Below are positions 11,801 to 20,928 of a stretch of DNA of 52,972 bases, piece after piece. The translations under genes were made by a program, and so were the position numbers. The notes beneath the pieces were generated by a model. That model ran no database searches. It was given only the letters and a program-made list of their open reading frames with translations, and was not told the origin of the DNA. The first letter of the stretch is position 1. The number at the start of each line of letters is the position of its first letter. This stretch comes from Candidatus Krumholzibacteriota bacterium (GTDB lineage Bacteria > Krumholzibacteriota > Krumholzibacteriia > JAJRXK01), in contig CAVSGG010000018.1 of NCBI GenBank assembly GCA_963727455.1, positions 1-52,972 on the forward strand, read 5' to 3'.

Positions 11801-11976
11801 GCATCTCTCTTGCGCATTTTTTCACCCTCCGCGATGCGGAGTTTTGGACCCTTATGCGGCGCAATCCGCCACTGATTTCGGCCCACTGGGGAAACTCGGC
11901 CACGGGAGTTGATGGGGCGGGCCCATCTGGAACTTGCCTTGCCGCACGGGCCCGAACGAAGGAGGCTCTCAGAGGC

Positions 11977-13227
11977 TCAGTGGGAAAACTCCGCCCCGAA
12001 ATGCCGGTGATAGAGGAGGGCCATGAGGGTGGCGATGCCCAAAATGAGACCGGCAAGAAGGAAGGGAGCGCCGGGATTGAAGTACTCGAATGCCGCCGCG
12101 CCGACCATCGGCCCGACGACGCGGGCCAGGCTTCCCATGGACTGATTCAAACCCAGGAACGCCCCTTGCCTGTGGGGTGGCGTGGTTCGACTCAGCAGAC
12201 TGTTCAAACTGGGGTTGTTCACACCGAAGCCGAAGGGCATCAGCACGCAAGCTACTAGAACGAAGTGCCAGGTAGAGGCGATACCGATGAGAGTCATGGC
12301 GATCCCCAGCGCCAAAGGGCCGAAGATGATGAGCTTGGTCTCGCCGAAGCGCGGCACTAGACGGCGAATGAGACCGCCCTGAACCAGAGCTGCCATGAGT
12401 CCGATGAAGAACATGTAACGTCCCGCGATGGGAGCGGACGCCATGATCTGATCCATCGTCGCCTTTCCCACACTCGTGTCCATTCCAAAGCTCTGGGGAA
12501 AGCGCGCCAGACCGAAGCGGATGAACATCGATTCGAATCCGGAGAAGCTCAAGATAGCCAGGAAGTACAGCAAGATGACCACGCCGATACGTGGCTGCCG
12601 CAGCGCATCCCCTACGGTTTCGAAGCCGAAAATTCGCGTGACGCGATCGGGCGCGTGCGTCTTGGGCTCGATCAACAGTCGGAAGCCGACGATCGCTGCC
12701 AAGAGACTCAAGCCGGCAGCCACGAAGCCGGGCACTCCCATTCCCACTCCCACCAATTCTCCACCGATGAGGGGGCCGAAGGTGAAGCCCAGCCCGAAGG
12801 CGGCGCCGATGAGCCCCATTCCCTTGGCGCGGTTCTCCGGAGTTGTGATGTCGGCGATGTAGGCCTGCGCGGTGGGCACGTTGGCGCCGAAGAACCCGGC
12901 CAAGAGGCGAGAGGCGAAGAGCATGGGCATGCCGCGGGCCAGTCCGAAAAGGACATAGGCGGCGGAGGTTCCCAGAAGTCCCCCGATGAGAATGGGACGC
13001 CGCCCGAAGCGGTCGGAGAGCCGCCCCCAGAAGGGAGCAAAGATGAGCTGCATTGCGGAGAAAGAAGCGAAGAGCAAGCCGAGGGAAATTTCGTCCGCTC
13101 CGTAGGCTTCGCTGTAGATGGGCAACAGTGGAATGACGATCCCGAATCCCAGAAGGTCGATGAAGACGGTGAGAATCACCGCAAGCAAGGCGCCTCTCTG
13201 AGTCGGATTCTTCGCGACATCGTTCAT
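11977..13227 (-). CDS. MFS transporter, TetA/DHA1-like
   Basis: TVFIDLLGFGIVIPLLP, motif A GRLSDRFGRRP, AQAYIADIT, GFTFGPLIGG. Start moved to ATG 13227. Confidence 0.92.
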   Translation of the reverse strand: MNDVAKNPTQRGALLAVILTVFIDLLGFGIVIPLLPIYSEAYGADEISLGLLFASFSAMQLIFAPFWGRLSDRFGRRPILIGGLLGTSAAYVLFGLARGMPMLFASRLLAGFFGANVPTAQAYIADITTPENRAKGMGLIGAAFGLGFTFGPLIGGELVGVGMGVPGFVAAGLSLLAAIVGFRLLIEPKTHAPDRVTRIFGFETVGDALRQPRIGVVILLYFLAILSFSGFESMFIRFGLARFPQSFGMDTSVGKATMDQIMASAPIAGRYMFFIGLMAALVQGGLIRRLVPRFGETKLIIFGPLALGIAMTLIGIASTWHFVLVACVLMPFGFGVNNPSLNSLLSRTTPPHRQGAFLGLNQSMGSLARVVGPMVGAAAFEYFNPGAPFLLAGLILGIATLMALLYHRHFGAEFSH

Positions 13228-13393
13228 GGAGCGGGCACGATAACAAAGAAATCTCGCCTTCGCCTGTTCTTTTCCCCGCAAGCTAGCCCACGGTCCCCCT
13301 GGCCTTGACACCCGGGTCCAGGTGTGCACCCTTGCCTCATGGCCGTCGTGCAATTTCCCACTTCGCGTGCGGCTCGAAAGGGGATGGAGAGTG

Positions 13394-13693
13394 ATGAAAG
13401 CCGTCGTGTCCGCGCTCGCGATGATCCTGTTCTCGCTCGTGCTGTTTGCTTGCGCGAAACAGTCGCTTCCCGAACCCGAGAGCCAGGGGGCCAAGCTCTA
13501 CGTGAAGTACTGTTCCAGCTCGGGTTGTCACGACGCCATCCCGCCACAGGAATCTTCCTTTCCCTACTGGCGCAATCAGTACGCGCGCTGGAGCGGGAAT
13601 CTCAAACAGAAAGGCATGGCCTATCCCTCGCCCGAGGAGGACGAGATCATCTTGGCCTATCTGAAGAAACACGCCCGCAAATCGAATTACTGA
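13394..13693 (+). CDS. Small lipoprotein, probable c-type cytochrome with CX4CH motif
   Basis: Lipobox LFAC, GAKLYVKYCSSSGCH, C-terminal ILAYLKKHA typical of monoheme cytochromes. Confidence 0.65.
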   Translation: MKAVVSALAMILFSLVLFACAKQSLPEPESQGAKLYVKYCSSSGCHDAIPPQESSFPYWRNQYARWSGNLKQKGMAYPSPEEDEIILAYLKKHARKSNY

Positions 13694-13902
13694 GACTTGG
13701 GGAAACTCCTCGCCCTCCATCTTCGTGATTTTGCGAAAAGATAACCTGTTTCTCCTCTCTTGCGGAGGGCCGCTACTTGTACCAGCCTGTAGATGGGCTT
13801 GGGCGAAGCGGAGTGGCAAACGATTCTGATAGGGCGTATCGCCTTCCCTGTGACTGGCACCCCGGACATCACCCGAGCCCCGCAACTTTCCAATCCCCTC
13901 CC

Positions 13903-13930
13903 TTGCGCGTTGCGGGATGCGGATTAGAAT
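13903..13930 (+). promoter_or_regulatory. Probable ssrA promoter
   Basis: TTGCGC-16nt-TAGAAT ending 11 nt before the mature tmRNA 5' end. Confidence 0.5.
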
Positions 13931-13941
13931 GCGAGAGCCAA

Positions 13942-14297
13942 GGGGGCGAAGGGTTTCGACGGGAGCGGTTGGGCCCCGGATGGCGTGCCGACCACCTCAT
14001 CAATGTCGTTAAAGTGGTGGGAAAACAATAACTGACGAGCCTATGGCTCTTGCTGCCTAACTAAACAGGTAGCCGTTCGCCGCGGATCGGGTCTCCGGGA
14101 TCTGCGATGCGGGCGTCATACACCGGAGACTGGGCGTGGACCCGTCGTCTCAGGGAAAGCGTCGAGAAACAATGGGACTGGCGTCGCGCGGATCTTGTTC
14201 CCAGAGTTACGCGACGCGAGATAATCTGGGGACTACGCACGTAGAGGTCCGTGGTCGTCGTTTTCGGACGCGGGTTCGATTCCCGCCGCCTCCACCA
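13942..14297 (+). ncRNA. ssrA: tmRNA, tag (A)DEPMALAA
   Basis: 5' GGGGGCGAAGGGTTTCGAC; 3' T-arm GCGGGTTCGATTCCCGC and CGCCTCCACCA with G3:U pair. Tag frame 14034-14060 follows ATAACT. Confidence 0.96.
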
Positions 14298-14343
14298 TCT
14301 TTCCCGACGGGGAGTTCCCCGGACGAGCGCCACGCAATCGATC

Positions 14344-15048
14344 ATGTCCAACGAACTTCGGCACCGTCTCGCCGGCGTGCGTGAGCGCGTGGCCAATGCC
14401 TGCGTCCGCGCGCAGCGGGACCCCGAGGATGTCCAGATCCTCGCGGTCACGAAGACTCACCCTGTGGAAACCCTCCTTCAGGCCGTACATGAGGGCCTTT
14501 ACGATCTGGGTGAGAACCGCGTTCAAGAGGCACTCCCCAAGATCGCGAAACTTCCCACCTCTGCGCGCGTTCATCTCATTGGCCGACTGCAGAGCAACAA
14601 GGTGAGCAAGGCTGTCGGCGTTTTCGCGTCCATCGAATCGGTGGACCGCCTCGACCTTCTACAGAAGATCGCGCGTCGAGCCGCGGCGCTTCAGATCGTG
14701 CAAGTGGTCTGGATCGAGGTGGACATCGCCGAGGAAGAGCAGAAGGGCGGGTGCCCCGTCCAGGAGCTTGCGGAGCTGTGGGAGAGGAGCTTGCAAGAAA
14801 GTTCTCTGCAAGTTGTGGGGCTTCTGGGTATGGTGCGGCTGAGCGACGACGAGAGAGCGGCGCGGGCCCGTTTCACCCGTTTGCGCCGCCTGGCCGAGGA
14901 TCTGCGCCGCAAGGATGGCGGGCCAGTGCGGCTCTCCATGGGAATGAGCCGCGATTTCGAATGGGCGGTGGAAGAGGGCAGCCATCAGATTCGTCTGGGG
15001 AGCGTCCTCTTCGGGCCCCGCCGCCCCCGTGGATCGATCGACGGATGA
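14344..15048 (+). CDS. yggS: PLP homeostasis protein YggS/PLPBP
   Basis: AVTKT, LGENRVQE, HLIGRLQSNK, LSMGMSRDF, IRLGSVLFG. Confidence 0.95.
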   Translation: MSNELRHRLAGVRERVANACVRAQRDPEDVQILAVTKTHPVETLLQAVHEGLYDLGENRVQEALPKIAKLPTSARVHLIGRLQSNKVSKAVGVFASIESVDRLDLLQKIARRAAALQIVQVVWIEVDIAEEEQKGGCPVQELAELWERSLQESSLQVVGLLGMVRLSDDERAARARFTRLRRLAEDLRRKDGGPVRLSMGMSRDFEWAVEEGSHQIRLGSVLFGPRRPRGSIDG

Positions 15049-15185
15049 ACCCGCGCCCGAGCGGTGCGGCTGCCAGGAAACTGAGCACTGGCGGTCCCGA
15101 GACGGTCAGGAGCGCGGACTGAGAGTCCGGGGACTCTCCGCTGGGAGGCGGGATCGAGCCGCGCAAGCGCGGAAAGGAGTTTGGC

Positions 15186-15437
15186 TTGCAGATTGCAAAT
15201 CTCCTGACGACGCTGCTGGATCTGTACATGCTGGTGTTGCTCGCCCGTGTTCTTCTGAGTTGGGTGAGTCTGGGCCGGCAGCATCCGGTCGTGGTCTGGG
15301 TCTGGCGGGCCACCGAGCCCTTACTCGGACCCATTCGCTCGGTGTTCGGCATCTGGGGTGGATTGGACTTCAGCCCGATCGTGGCCATTCTGATCCTGTC
15401 CTTTTTGCGCCGACTGATCGTGAGGATCTTACTGTAG
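15186..15437 (+). CDS. yggT: YggT family membrane protein
   Basis: RVLLSWV, TEPLLGPIR, GLDFSPIVA. AAGGAG RBS before TTG. Confidence 0.92.
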   Translation: MQIANLLTTLLDLYMLVLLARVLLSWVSLGRQHPVVVWVWRATEPLLGPIRSVFGIWGGLDFSPIVAILILSFLRRLIVRILL

Positions 15438-15470
15438 GAAGCCCGCCAAGTTCGGGCATGAGGAGGCAGC

Positions 15471-16424
15471 ATGCGCATCACGCCGCTGGACGTTCGCAAA
15501 CAGGAATTCCGCAAGGGCATGCGTGGTCTTGACCCCGAAGAGGTCTACGCGTTTCTCGCCACCGTCGCGGACGAGTACGAAACCGTACTGACCGACAATC
15601 GGCAGCTGCGCGATCGCGTCTTGGAACTGGACGAGAAAGTCTCCGAATACCGCAACATGGAGAAGACTCTGCGCGACACCCTGCTGACGGCGGAGAGAGT
15701 CATGACCGAAGCTCGTGAGAATGCTCGCAAAGAGGCCGAGCTCATTTTGCGCGACGCGCGCGGACAGGCCCAGAACGAATCGCAGAACAGTGTCGCGCGG
15801 GCCGAGGCCCTGCGCGCGCAGCTCCGCGAGTTGCGTACCCAGCGCGACGCTTTCCTGGCGCGCCTCAAAGGTCTGGCCGAAGCTCAGATCGGCCTGGTGG
15901 AGTCCTTCGCGAGCGATTTCCAGGAAGACGATCGTCGGCTGACCCATCTTCAACCCCCCGCGGCCGAGCCGCGAGGCGAGACGCCGGATTTCGAGGAGCC
16001 CCTGCACGATTCCGCTGCGCGGCTACCTTTGAGCGATTCGGCCGTGGCCGAGCACGAGCGGCAGGACGAGCCCAGGGCATCCGGGGAAGCCCAGCCCAGC
16101 TATTCCTCGAGCGATCAGTGGCGTGACTATACGGCCGGCCCACCCTCGGCAGGCCCCCGCCAGAGCGCCGAGCCGAGTCAGGACGTGGAGGAGCACATGG
16201 CCCGCACCGTGGCGGAAATGGCGCAGGCCGCGGGTGCCGAGTCTGGACAAGGAACGCAATCTATGCCACCTTCCCCTGACTCTGGCGGGGAGCTCTCTGC
16301 GAGTCTCGACGCCGAGTCGGCCGAGGAGGAGCCTCTTTCTGCGGCATCCGCCGAGGAGCCCGAGGAGAAGCAGGGTTCGCGCTGGTCCATCTCCCGATTT
16401 ACGCGGAGCTTGAGCGAGTTCTGA
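15471..16424 (+). CDS. divIVA: DivIVA domain protein with long acidic tail
   Basis: MRITPLDVRKQEFRKGMRGLDPEEVYAFL followed by a coiled coil. Confidence 0.9.
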   Translation: MRITPLDVRKQEFRKGMRGLDPEEVYAFLATVADEYETVLTDNRQLRDRVLELDEKVSEYRNMEKTLRDTLLTAERVMTEARENARKEAELILRDARGQAQNESQNSVARAEALRAQLRELRTQRDAFLARLKGLAEAQIGLVESFASDFQEDDRRLTHLQPPAAEPRGETPDFEEPLHDSAARLPLSDSAVAEHERQDEPRASGEAQPSYSSSDQWRDYTAGPPSAGPRQSAEPSQDVEEHMARTVAEMAQAAGAESGQGTQSMPPSPDSGGELSASLDAESAEEEPLSAASAEEPEEKQGSRWSISRFTRSLSEF

Positions 16425-16534
16425 GCTACTGAAGCGGCTCCGCGGATTCTCCACGGCCGGGCCCTTGGGTCCGGTCGTTCCTTTTTCATGGTTCACACCG
16501 GGATCCTCCGGTGATCGCGCCCGGGAGGGCGGAG

Positions 16535-17353
16535 ATGCAACTGAGGGAAAAGATTTCCACGGCCGCGAAATTTTTGCGCGAGCAGTGCTCGAGCAGCCCC
16601 GAATTCGGACTCATCCTGGGAACGGGTCTGGGGAGTCTCGCCGACAAAGTCGATGCGAGATTGGTCCTGCCCTACGACGAGATTCCCGGCTTCGTCAAGA
16701 GCACGGCGCTGAGCCACGCCGGGAACCTGGTTCTGGGAACCCTCGGGGGAAAAGAGGTCATGGCCATGCAGGGCCGTGTCCACTACTACGAGGGCTACTC
16801 CATGCAGGAGATCACCCTGCCGGTGCGCGTGATGCGCGCCATGGGTTGCCACTCGCTGGTCATGAGCAACGCGGTGGGGAGCATGAATCCCAACATCGTA
16901 CCGGGACACATCGGTGTCCTGGTCGATCACATCAACCTCATGGGCGACAATCCCCTCATCGGCCCCAACGACGACGAGCTCGGGCCGCGCTTTCCCGACA
17001 TGTCGCAGCCCTACGACCGCGAGTACATCGAGCGCGCGGTCGAAGTGGCGCTCTCGATGAAACTCCAGTTGCACAAAGCGGTGTACGCGGCGGTGGCCGG
17101 CCCCAATTTGGAAACGGCCGCCGAGTACCGTTTTCTGCGCGCAGCGGGAGCCGACCTGGTGGGGATGTCGATGGTTCCGGAGAACCTGGCCGCGGTGCAC
17201 GGCGGCATGCGGGTCCTGGGCCTGAGCGTGGTGACTGACATGGGTCTGGCCGACGCGCTCAAGCCGGCCAAAGTTGATAAGATCATCGCGATCGCCAACA
17301 GTACCGAACCGCGACTCTCGGAATTCGTCACGCGGTTTCTTCAGGCCTCCTGA
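16535..17353 (+). CDS. punA: Purine-nucleoside phosphorylase (trimeric type)
   Basis: ILGTGLG, MQGRVHYYEGY, DHINL, GPRFPDMS, GPNLETAAE, VGMS. Confidence 0.93.
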   Translation: MQLREKISTAAKFLREQCSSSPEFGLILGTGLGSLADKVDARLVLPYDEIPGFVKSTALSHAGNLVLGTLGGKEVMAMQGRVHYYEGYSMQEITLPVRVMRAMGCHSLVMSNAVGSMNPNIVPGHIGVLVDHINLMGDNPLIGPNDDELGPRFPDMSQPYDREYIERAVEVALSMKLQLHKAVYAAVAGPNLETAAEYRFLRAAGADLVGMSMVPENLAAVHGGMRVLGLSVVTDMGLADALKPAKVDKIIAIANSTEPRLSEFVTRFLQAS

Positions 17354-17364
17354 AGGAGTTCGGG

Positions 17365-20300
17365 ATGGACCAGGCTGCCGGCCAATTCTCTCCTTATCCC
17401 GAAACGCTGGGGGGAAACGACACCCCGGGCGCCGAGGAGCAGGTGCGCGAGTTCTGGCGCGAGAAGGATGTCTTCGTGCGCAGCGAGCGCGGCCGCAGGG
17501 ATCGACCCGACTTCGTGTTTTACGAGGGCCCGCCGACTGCCAACGGTCGGCCCGGGGTGCACCACGTCATCAGTCGGCTGATCAAGGACATCTTCTGCCG
17601 CTACAAGACCATGACCGGGCATCACGTACTCCGCAAAGCGGGTTGGGACACCCACGGCCTTCCGGTGGAGATCGAAGTCGAGCGGCAGCTCGGACTCAAG
17701 AACAAGGAAGCGGTCGAGGAATTCGGGATCGAAGAATTCAACGCTCGTTGCCGCGAGTCGGTCTTCACCTACAAACGGGAATGGGACGAGTTCACTGCCG
17801 GTATTGGATTTTGGCTCGACCTGGATAACCCCTACGTCACCTACGAGAACGACTACATCGAGTCCGTGTGGTGGCTCTTGAAATCGATCTGGGACAAAGG
17901 ACTGCTCTATCGAGGGTACAAGGTCGTGCCCTACTGCGCGCGTTGCGAGACTGCGCTCTCCAGTCACGAGGTGGCCCAAGGGTACAAGGACGTCGACGAT
18001 CCCTCCGTCACCGTGCGCATGAAGGTCAAGGGCCAAGACGATCGGTACTTCTTGGTGTGGACCACCACGCCCTGGACCCTCCCCGCCAACGTAGCGCTCG
18101 CGGTGGGCGAGGAGATCGACTACGTGGCGGTGCGTCACGAAGGCCAGACGCTCATTCTGGCCGAGGCGCGGCTGGGCGATCTGTTCTCCGAGGAGACTCC
18201 CGAGATCGTGGAGCGCATGAAGGGAAAGGAACTCCTCGGCCTCGAGTACGAGCAGCTCATCCCGGTTCTAAAGAGCGATCGTCCCGCGTTCCGCGTCGTT
18301 GCCGCCGATTTCGTGAGCACCGAGGACGGAACTGGAATCGTTCACATGGCTCCCGCCTATGGCGAGGACGATTACCGTATCGGCCAGCAAGAAAATCTGC
18401 CCACCTTACATCCGGTCGGCAAGGATGGTCGCTTCACCGCGGAGCTGGCACCCTACGCGGGGCTCTTCGTCAAGGATGCCGACAAGAAAATCATCGCCGA
18501 TCTCAAGTCGGATGGTCGGCTCTTTGAACAGAAGCAGATTCGTCACAGCTATCCCCATTGCTGGCGTTGTCACACTCCGCTCCTCTATTACGCGCGCGAT
18601 TCCTGGTACATCCGCACCACCGCCATGAAGAATGAGCTGATGGCGGCCAACGCGGCGGTGAACTGGGTGCCCACCGGAGTGGGGCGCGAGCGTTTCGGCG
18701 ACTGGCTGGAAAACAACGTCGACTGGGCGCTCTCGCGGGACCGTTTCTGGGGGACTCCGCTTCCCATCTGGGAGTGCGCGTGCGGCGAGCGAGTCTGCAT
18801 CGGATCGCGGGAGGAGCTGCGCGCGGCCGGAGGCAGCGTGCCCGAGGATCTTCATCGGCCCTTCATCGATCGCGTGTTGCTCTCCTGTCCAAGGTGTAAG
18901 AAGGACATGCAGCGCACTCCGGAAGTCATCGACGTCTGGTTCGATTCCGGTGCCATGCCCTATGCGCAGTGGCACTATCCCTTCGAGAACCAGGAGCAGT
19001 TCGAGCACCAGTTCCCGGCCGATTTCATTTCGGAGGGAATGGATCAGACTCGCGGCTGGTTCTACAGCCTTCTGGCCATCGCCACCATGGTGAGCGGGAG
19101 GAGTTCGTACAACAACGTCCTCACCATCGGGCTCATCCTGGACAAGAACGGCCACAAGATGTCCAAGAGCCGCGGCAACGCGGTCGACCCCATCGAGATT
19201 CTCAGGCAGGAGGGCGCGGATCCGCTGCGCTGGTATCTGGCCAGCGTCTCTCCGGCCTACGCTCCGACTCGTTTCGATCTGGAAGGAGTGAGGGAGAGCC
19301 GCCGCAAAGTCCTGGGAACCCTGGAGAACGTCTTCGCGTTCTTCACGCTCTATGCGAACCTCGAAAAGTACTCGGCCCAGAGCGTGGAAGATCCCGCGTC
19401 CCTCTCCGATCAACTCGACCGTTGGATTTTGAGTCGCTACTACGCGATCGTGGAAGAGGTCAGCGAGAGTCTGCAGGCCTGGGATGCCACGCGCGCTTCG
19501 CGTTCACTCGGTGCGTTCATCGTGGACGAGCTGAGTAACTGGTACGTGCGCAGAAGCCGCCGCCGCTTTTGGAAGAGCGAGATGGGTCCGGACAAGCGAG
19601 CCGCCTTCGACACTCTGTATACCGTGCTCGAAGGAGTCTCGCGTCTCTTGGCTCCCTTCGTACCCTTCATGGCGGAGAGGCTTTACCGTGGCTTGCATCC
19701 CGGCGGTCTGAACACGGAATTCGAGAGCGTCCATCTCGCTGCGTGGCCCAGTTCCCGTCACGAATCGCGTTCGCAGGAACTCGAGGAGAGCATGGCCGCC
19801 GTGCTGCAGGTGGTGAGCCTGGGTCGGAGCTTGCGCAGCGCTCACGAGCTGAAGGTGCGTCAGCCCCTGAGCGAGGGCCTGGTCTTCGGACGCAGTCCCG
19901 TCCTGAAGCGTACGCTGGAGAAGAGCGAGTACGCCGAGCTCATCGAGGACGAGCTGAATCTCAAGCAGATCGCCTGGCTCGAAGATCCCACCCGGGTGGC
20001 CAAGGTCACGGCCAAAGCCAATTTCCGCGAACTGGGCGCCCGCTTCGGCAAGAAGACCCCACTCATCGCCAAGCAGATCGCCGCCCTCGACGCCGAGGCT
20101 CTCGGTCGTTTGCGGGACCAGCAGAGCCTGGCCCTGGAAGTGGAGGGAGAGAAGATCGAGCTGCGTCCGCAGGAGGTCTTCATCCAGGAGGAGGGCCTGA
20201 AAGGCTATGTGACGGCTAGTGAAAGGGATTGCATGCTTGCCTTGAACATCCAACTTGATGAGACCCTGCGCCGGGAGGGACTGGCCCGGGAACTGGTCAA

Positions 20301-20532
20301 CCGCATCCAGAATTTGAGGAAGGAAGCGGGGCTCGCGGTTTCCGATCGGATCTCCTTATATGTGGGCGGCGAAGGAGAAGTGGAATCGGCGTTCTCCGAC
20401 CACCGGCGCCGGGTTTGCGAGGAGACCTTGGCCAGCGAGTTGGCAGATTCGGTGCCCGCGGGCGCCGCCAGTGAGACCTTTGAAATCGACGGCCATTCCG
20501 CCGTCATAGCTCTGAAACGGGCCGAAGGCTAG
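17365..20532 (+). CDS. ileS: Isoleucine--tRNA ligase, type 2
   Basis: FYEGPPTANGRPGVHH, GWDTHGLPVE, WTTTPWTLP, DWALSR, KMSKS. Confidence 0.97.
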   Translation: MDQAAGQFSPYPETLGGNDTPGAEEQVREFWREKDVFVRSERGRRDRPDFVFYEGPPTANGRPGVHHVISRLIKDIFCRYKTMTGHHVLRKAGWDTHGLPVEIEVERQLGLKNKEAVEEFGIEEFNARCRESVFTYKREWDEFTAGIGFWLDLDNPYVTYENDYIESVWWLLKSIWDKGLLYRGYKVVPYCARCETALSSHEVAQGYKDVDDPSVTVRMKVKGQDDRYFLVWTTTPWTLPANVALAVGEEIDYVAVRHEGQTLILAEARLGDLFSEETPEIVERMKGKELLGLEYEQLIPVLKSDRPAFRVVAADFVSTEDGTGIVHMAPAYGEDDYRIGQQENLPTLHPVGKDGRFTAELAPYAGLFVKDADKKIIADLKSDGRLFEQKQIRHSYPHCWRCHTPLLYYARDSWYIRTTAMKNELMAANAAVNWVPTGVGRERFGDWLENNVDWALSRDRFWGTPLPIWECACGERVCIGSREELRAAGGSVPEDLHRPFIDRVLLSCPRCKKDMQRTPEVIDVWFDSGAMPYAQWHYPFENQEQFEHQFPADFISEGMDQTRGWFYSLLAIATMVSGRSSYNNVLTIGLILDKNGHKMSKSRGNAVDPIEILRQEGADPLRWYLASVSPAYAPTRFDLEGVRESRRKVLGTLENVFAFFTLYANLEKYSAQSVEDPASLSDQLDRWILSRYYAIVEEVSESLQAWDATRASRSLGAFIVDELSNWYVRRSRRRFWKSEMGPDKRAAFDTLYTVLEGVSRLLAPFVPFMAERLYRGLHPGGLNTEFESVHLAAWPSSRHESRSQELEESMAAVLQVVSLGRSLRSAHELKVRQPLSEGLVFGRSPVLKRTLEKSEYAELIEDELNLKQIAWLEDPTRVAKVTAKANFRELGARFGKKTPLIAKQIAALDAEALGRLRDQQSLALEVEGEKIELRPQEVFIQEEGLKGYVTASERDCMLALNIQLDETLRREGLARELVNRIQNLRKEAGLAVSDRISLYVGGEGEVESAFSDHRRRVCEETLASELADSVPAGAASETFEIDGHSAVIALKRAEG

Positions 20533-20562
20533 GCCCCATCCGGAACGGCTGTAAGGAGAACC

Positions 20563-20928
20563 ATGCGCACGCGAGATCTGGAGAAGTACCGCAGCCTCCT
20601 CCTCGAGGAGCGGGAACGTATTCTCGAGAGCATCAAGGAGCACGATAGCCAGGTCCGTCAGTACGATGAGATCGAAGGCAGAGTGCACAGCAACCACATG
20701 GCGGATCAGGGTACGGACGAGTTCCGGCATGAGCAGGCCATTCGGTTGTTGCAGAGCGAGAATCGCTATCTCTACCGCATCGAGGATGCGATTCAGCGCA
20801 TCGAAGACGGCACCTACGGCAAGTGTGAACTCTGCGGCACGACCATTTCAACCAAACGACTGACCGCGTTGCCCTATACGCGCTTCTGTATCGATTGCGC
20901 CGAGAAGGAAGATCGCAAGCGCGGATGA
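20563..20928 (+). CDS. TraR/DksA C4 zinc-finger protein
   Basis: HMADQGTD coiled-coil tip, GTYGKCELC...RLTALPYTRFCIDC. Confidence 0.9.
   Translation: MRTRDLEKYRSLLLEERERILESIKEHDSQVRQYDEIEGRVHSNHMADQGTDEFRHEQAIRLLQSENRYLYRIEDAIQRIEDGTYGKCELCGTTISTKRLTALPYTRFCIDCAEKEDRKRG

Noticed and set aside
13687-13893. 68-aa minus-strand ORF between the cytochrome and tmRNA
   Set aside because: No clear RBS or recognisable motif; cannot be supported.
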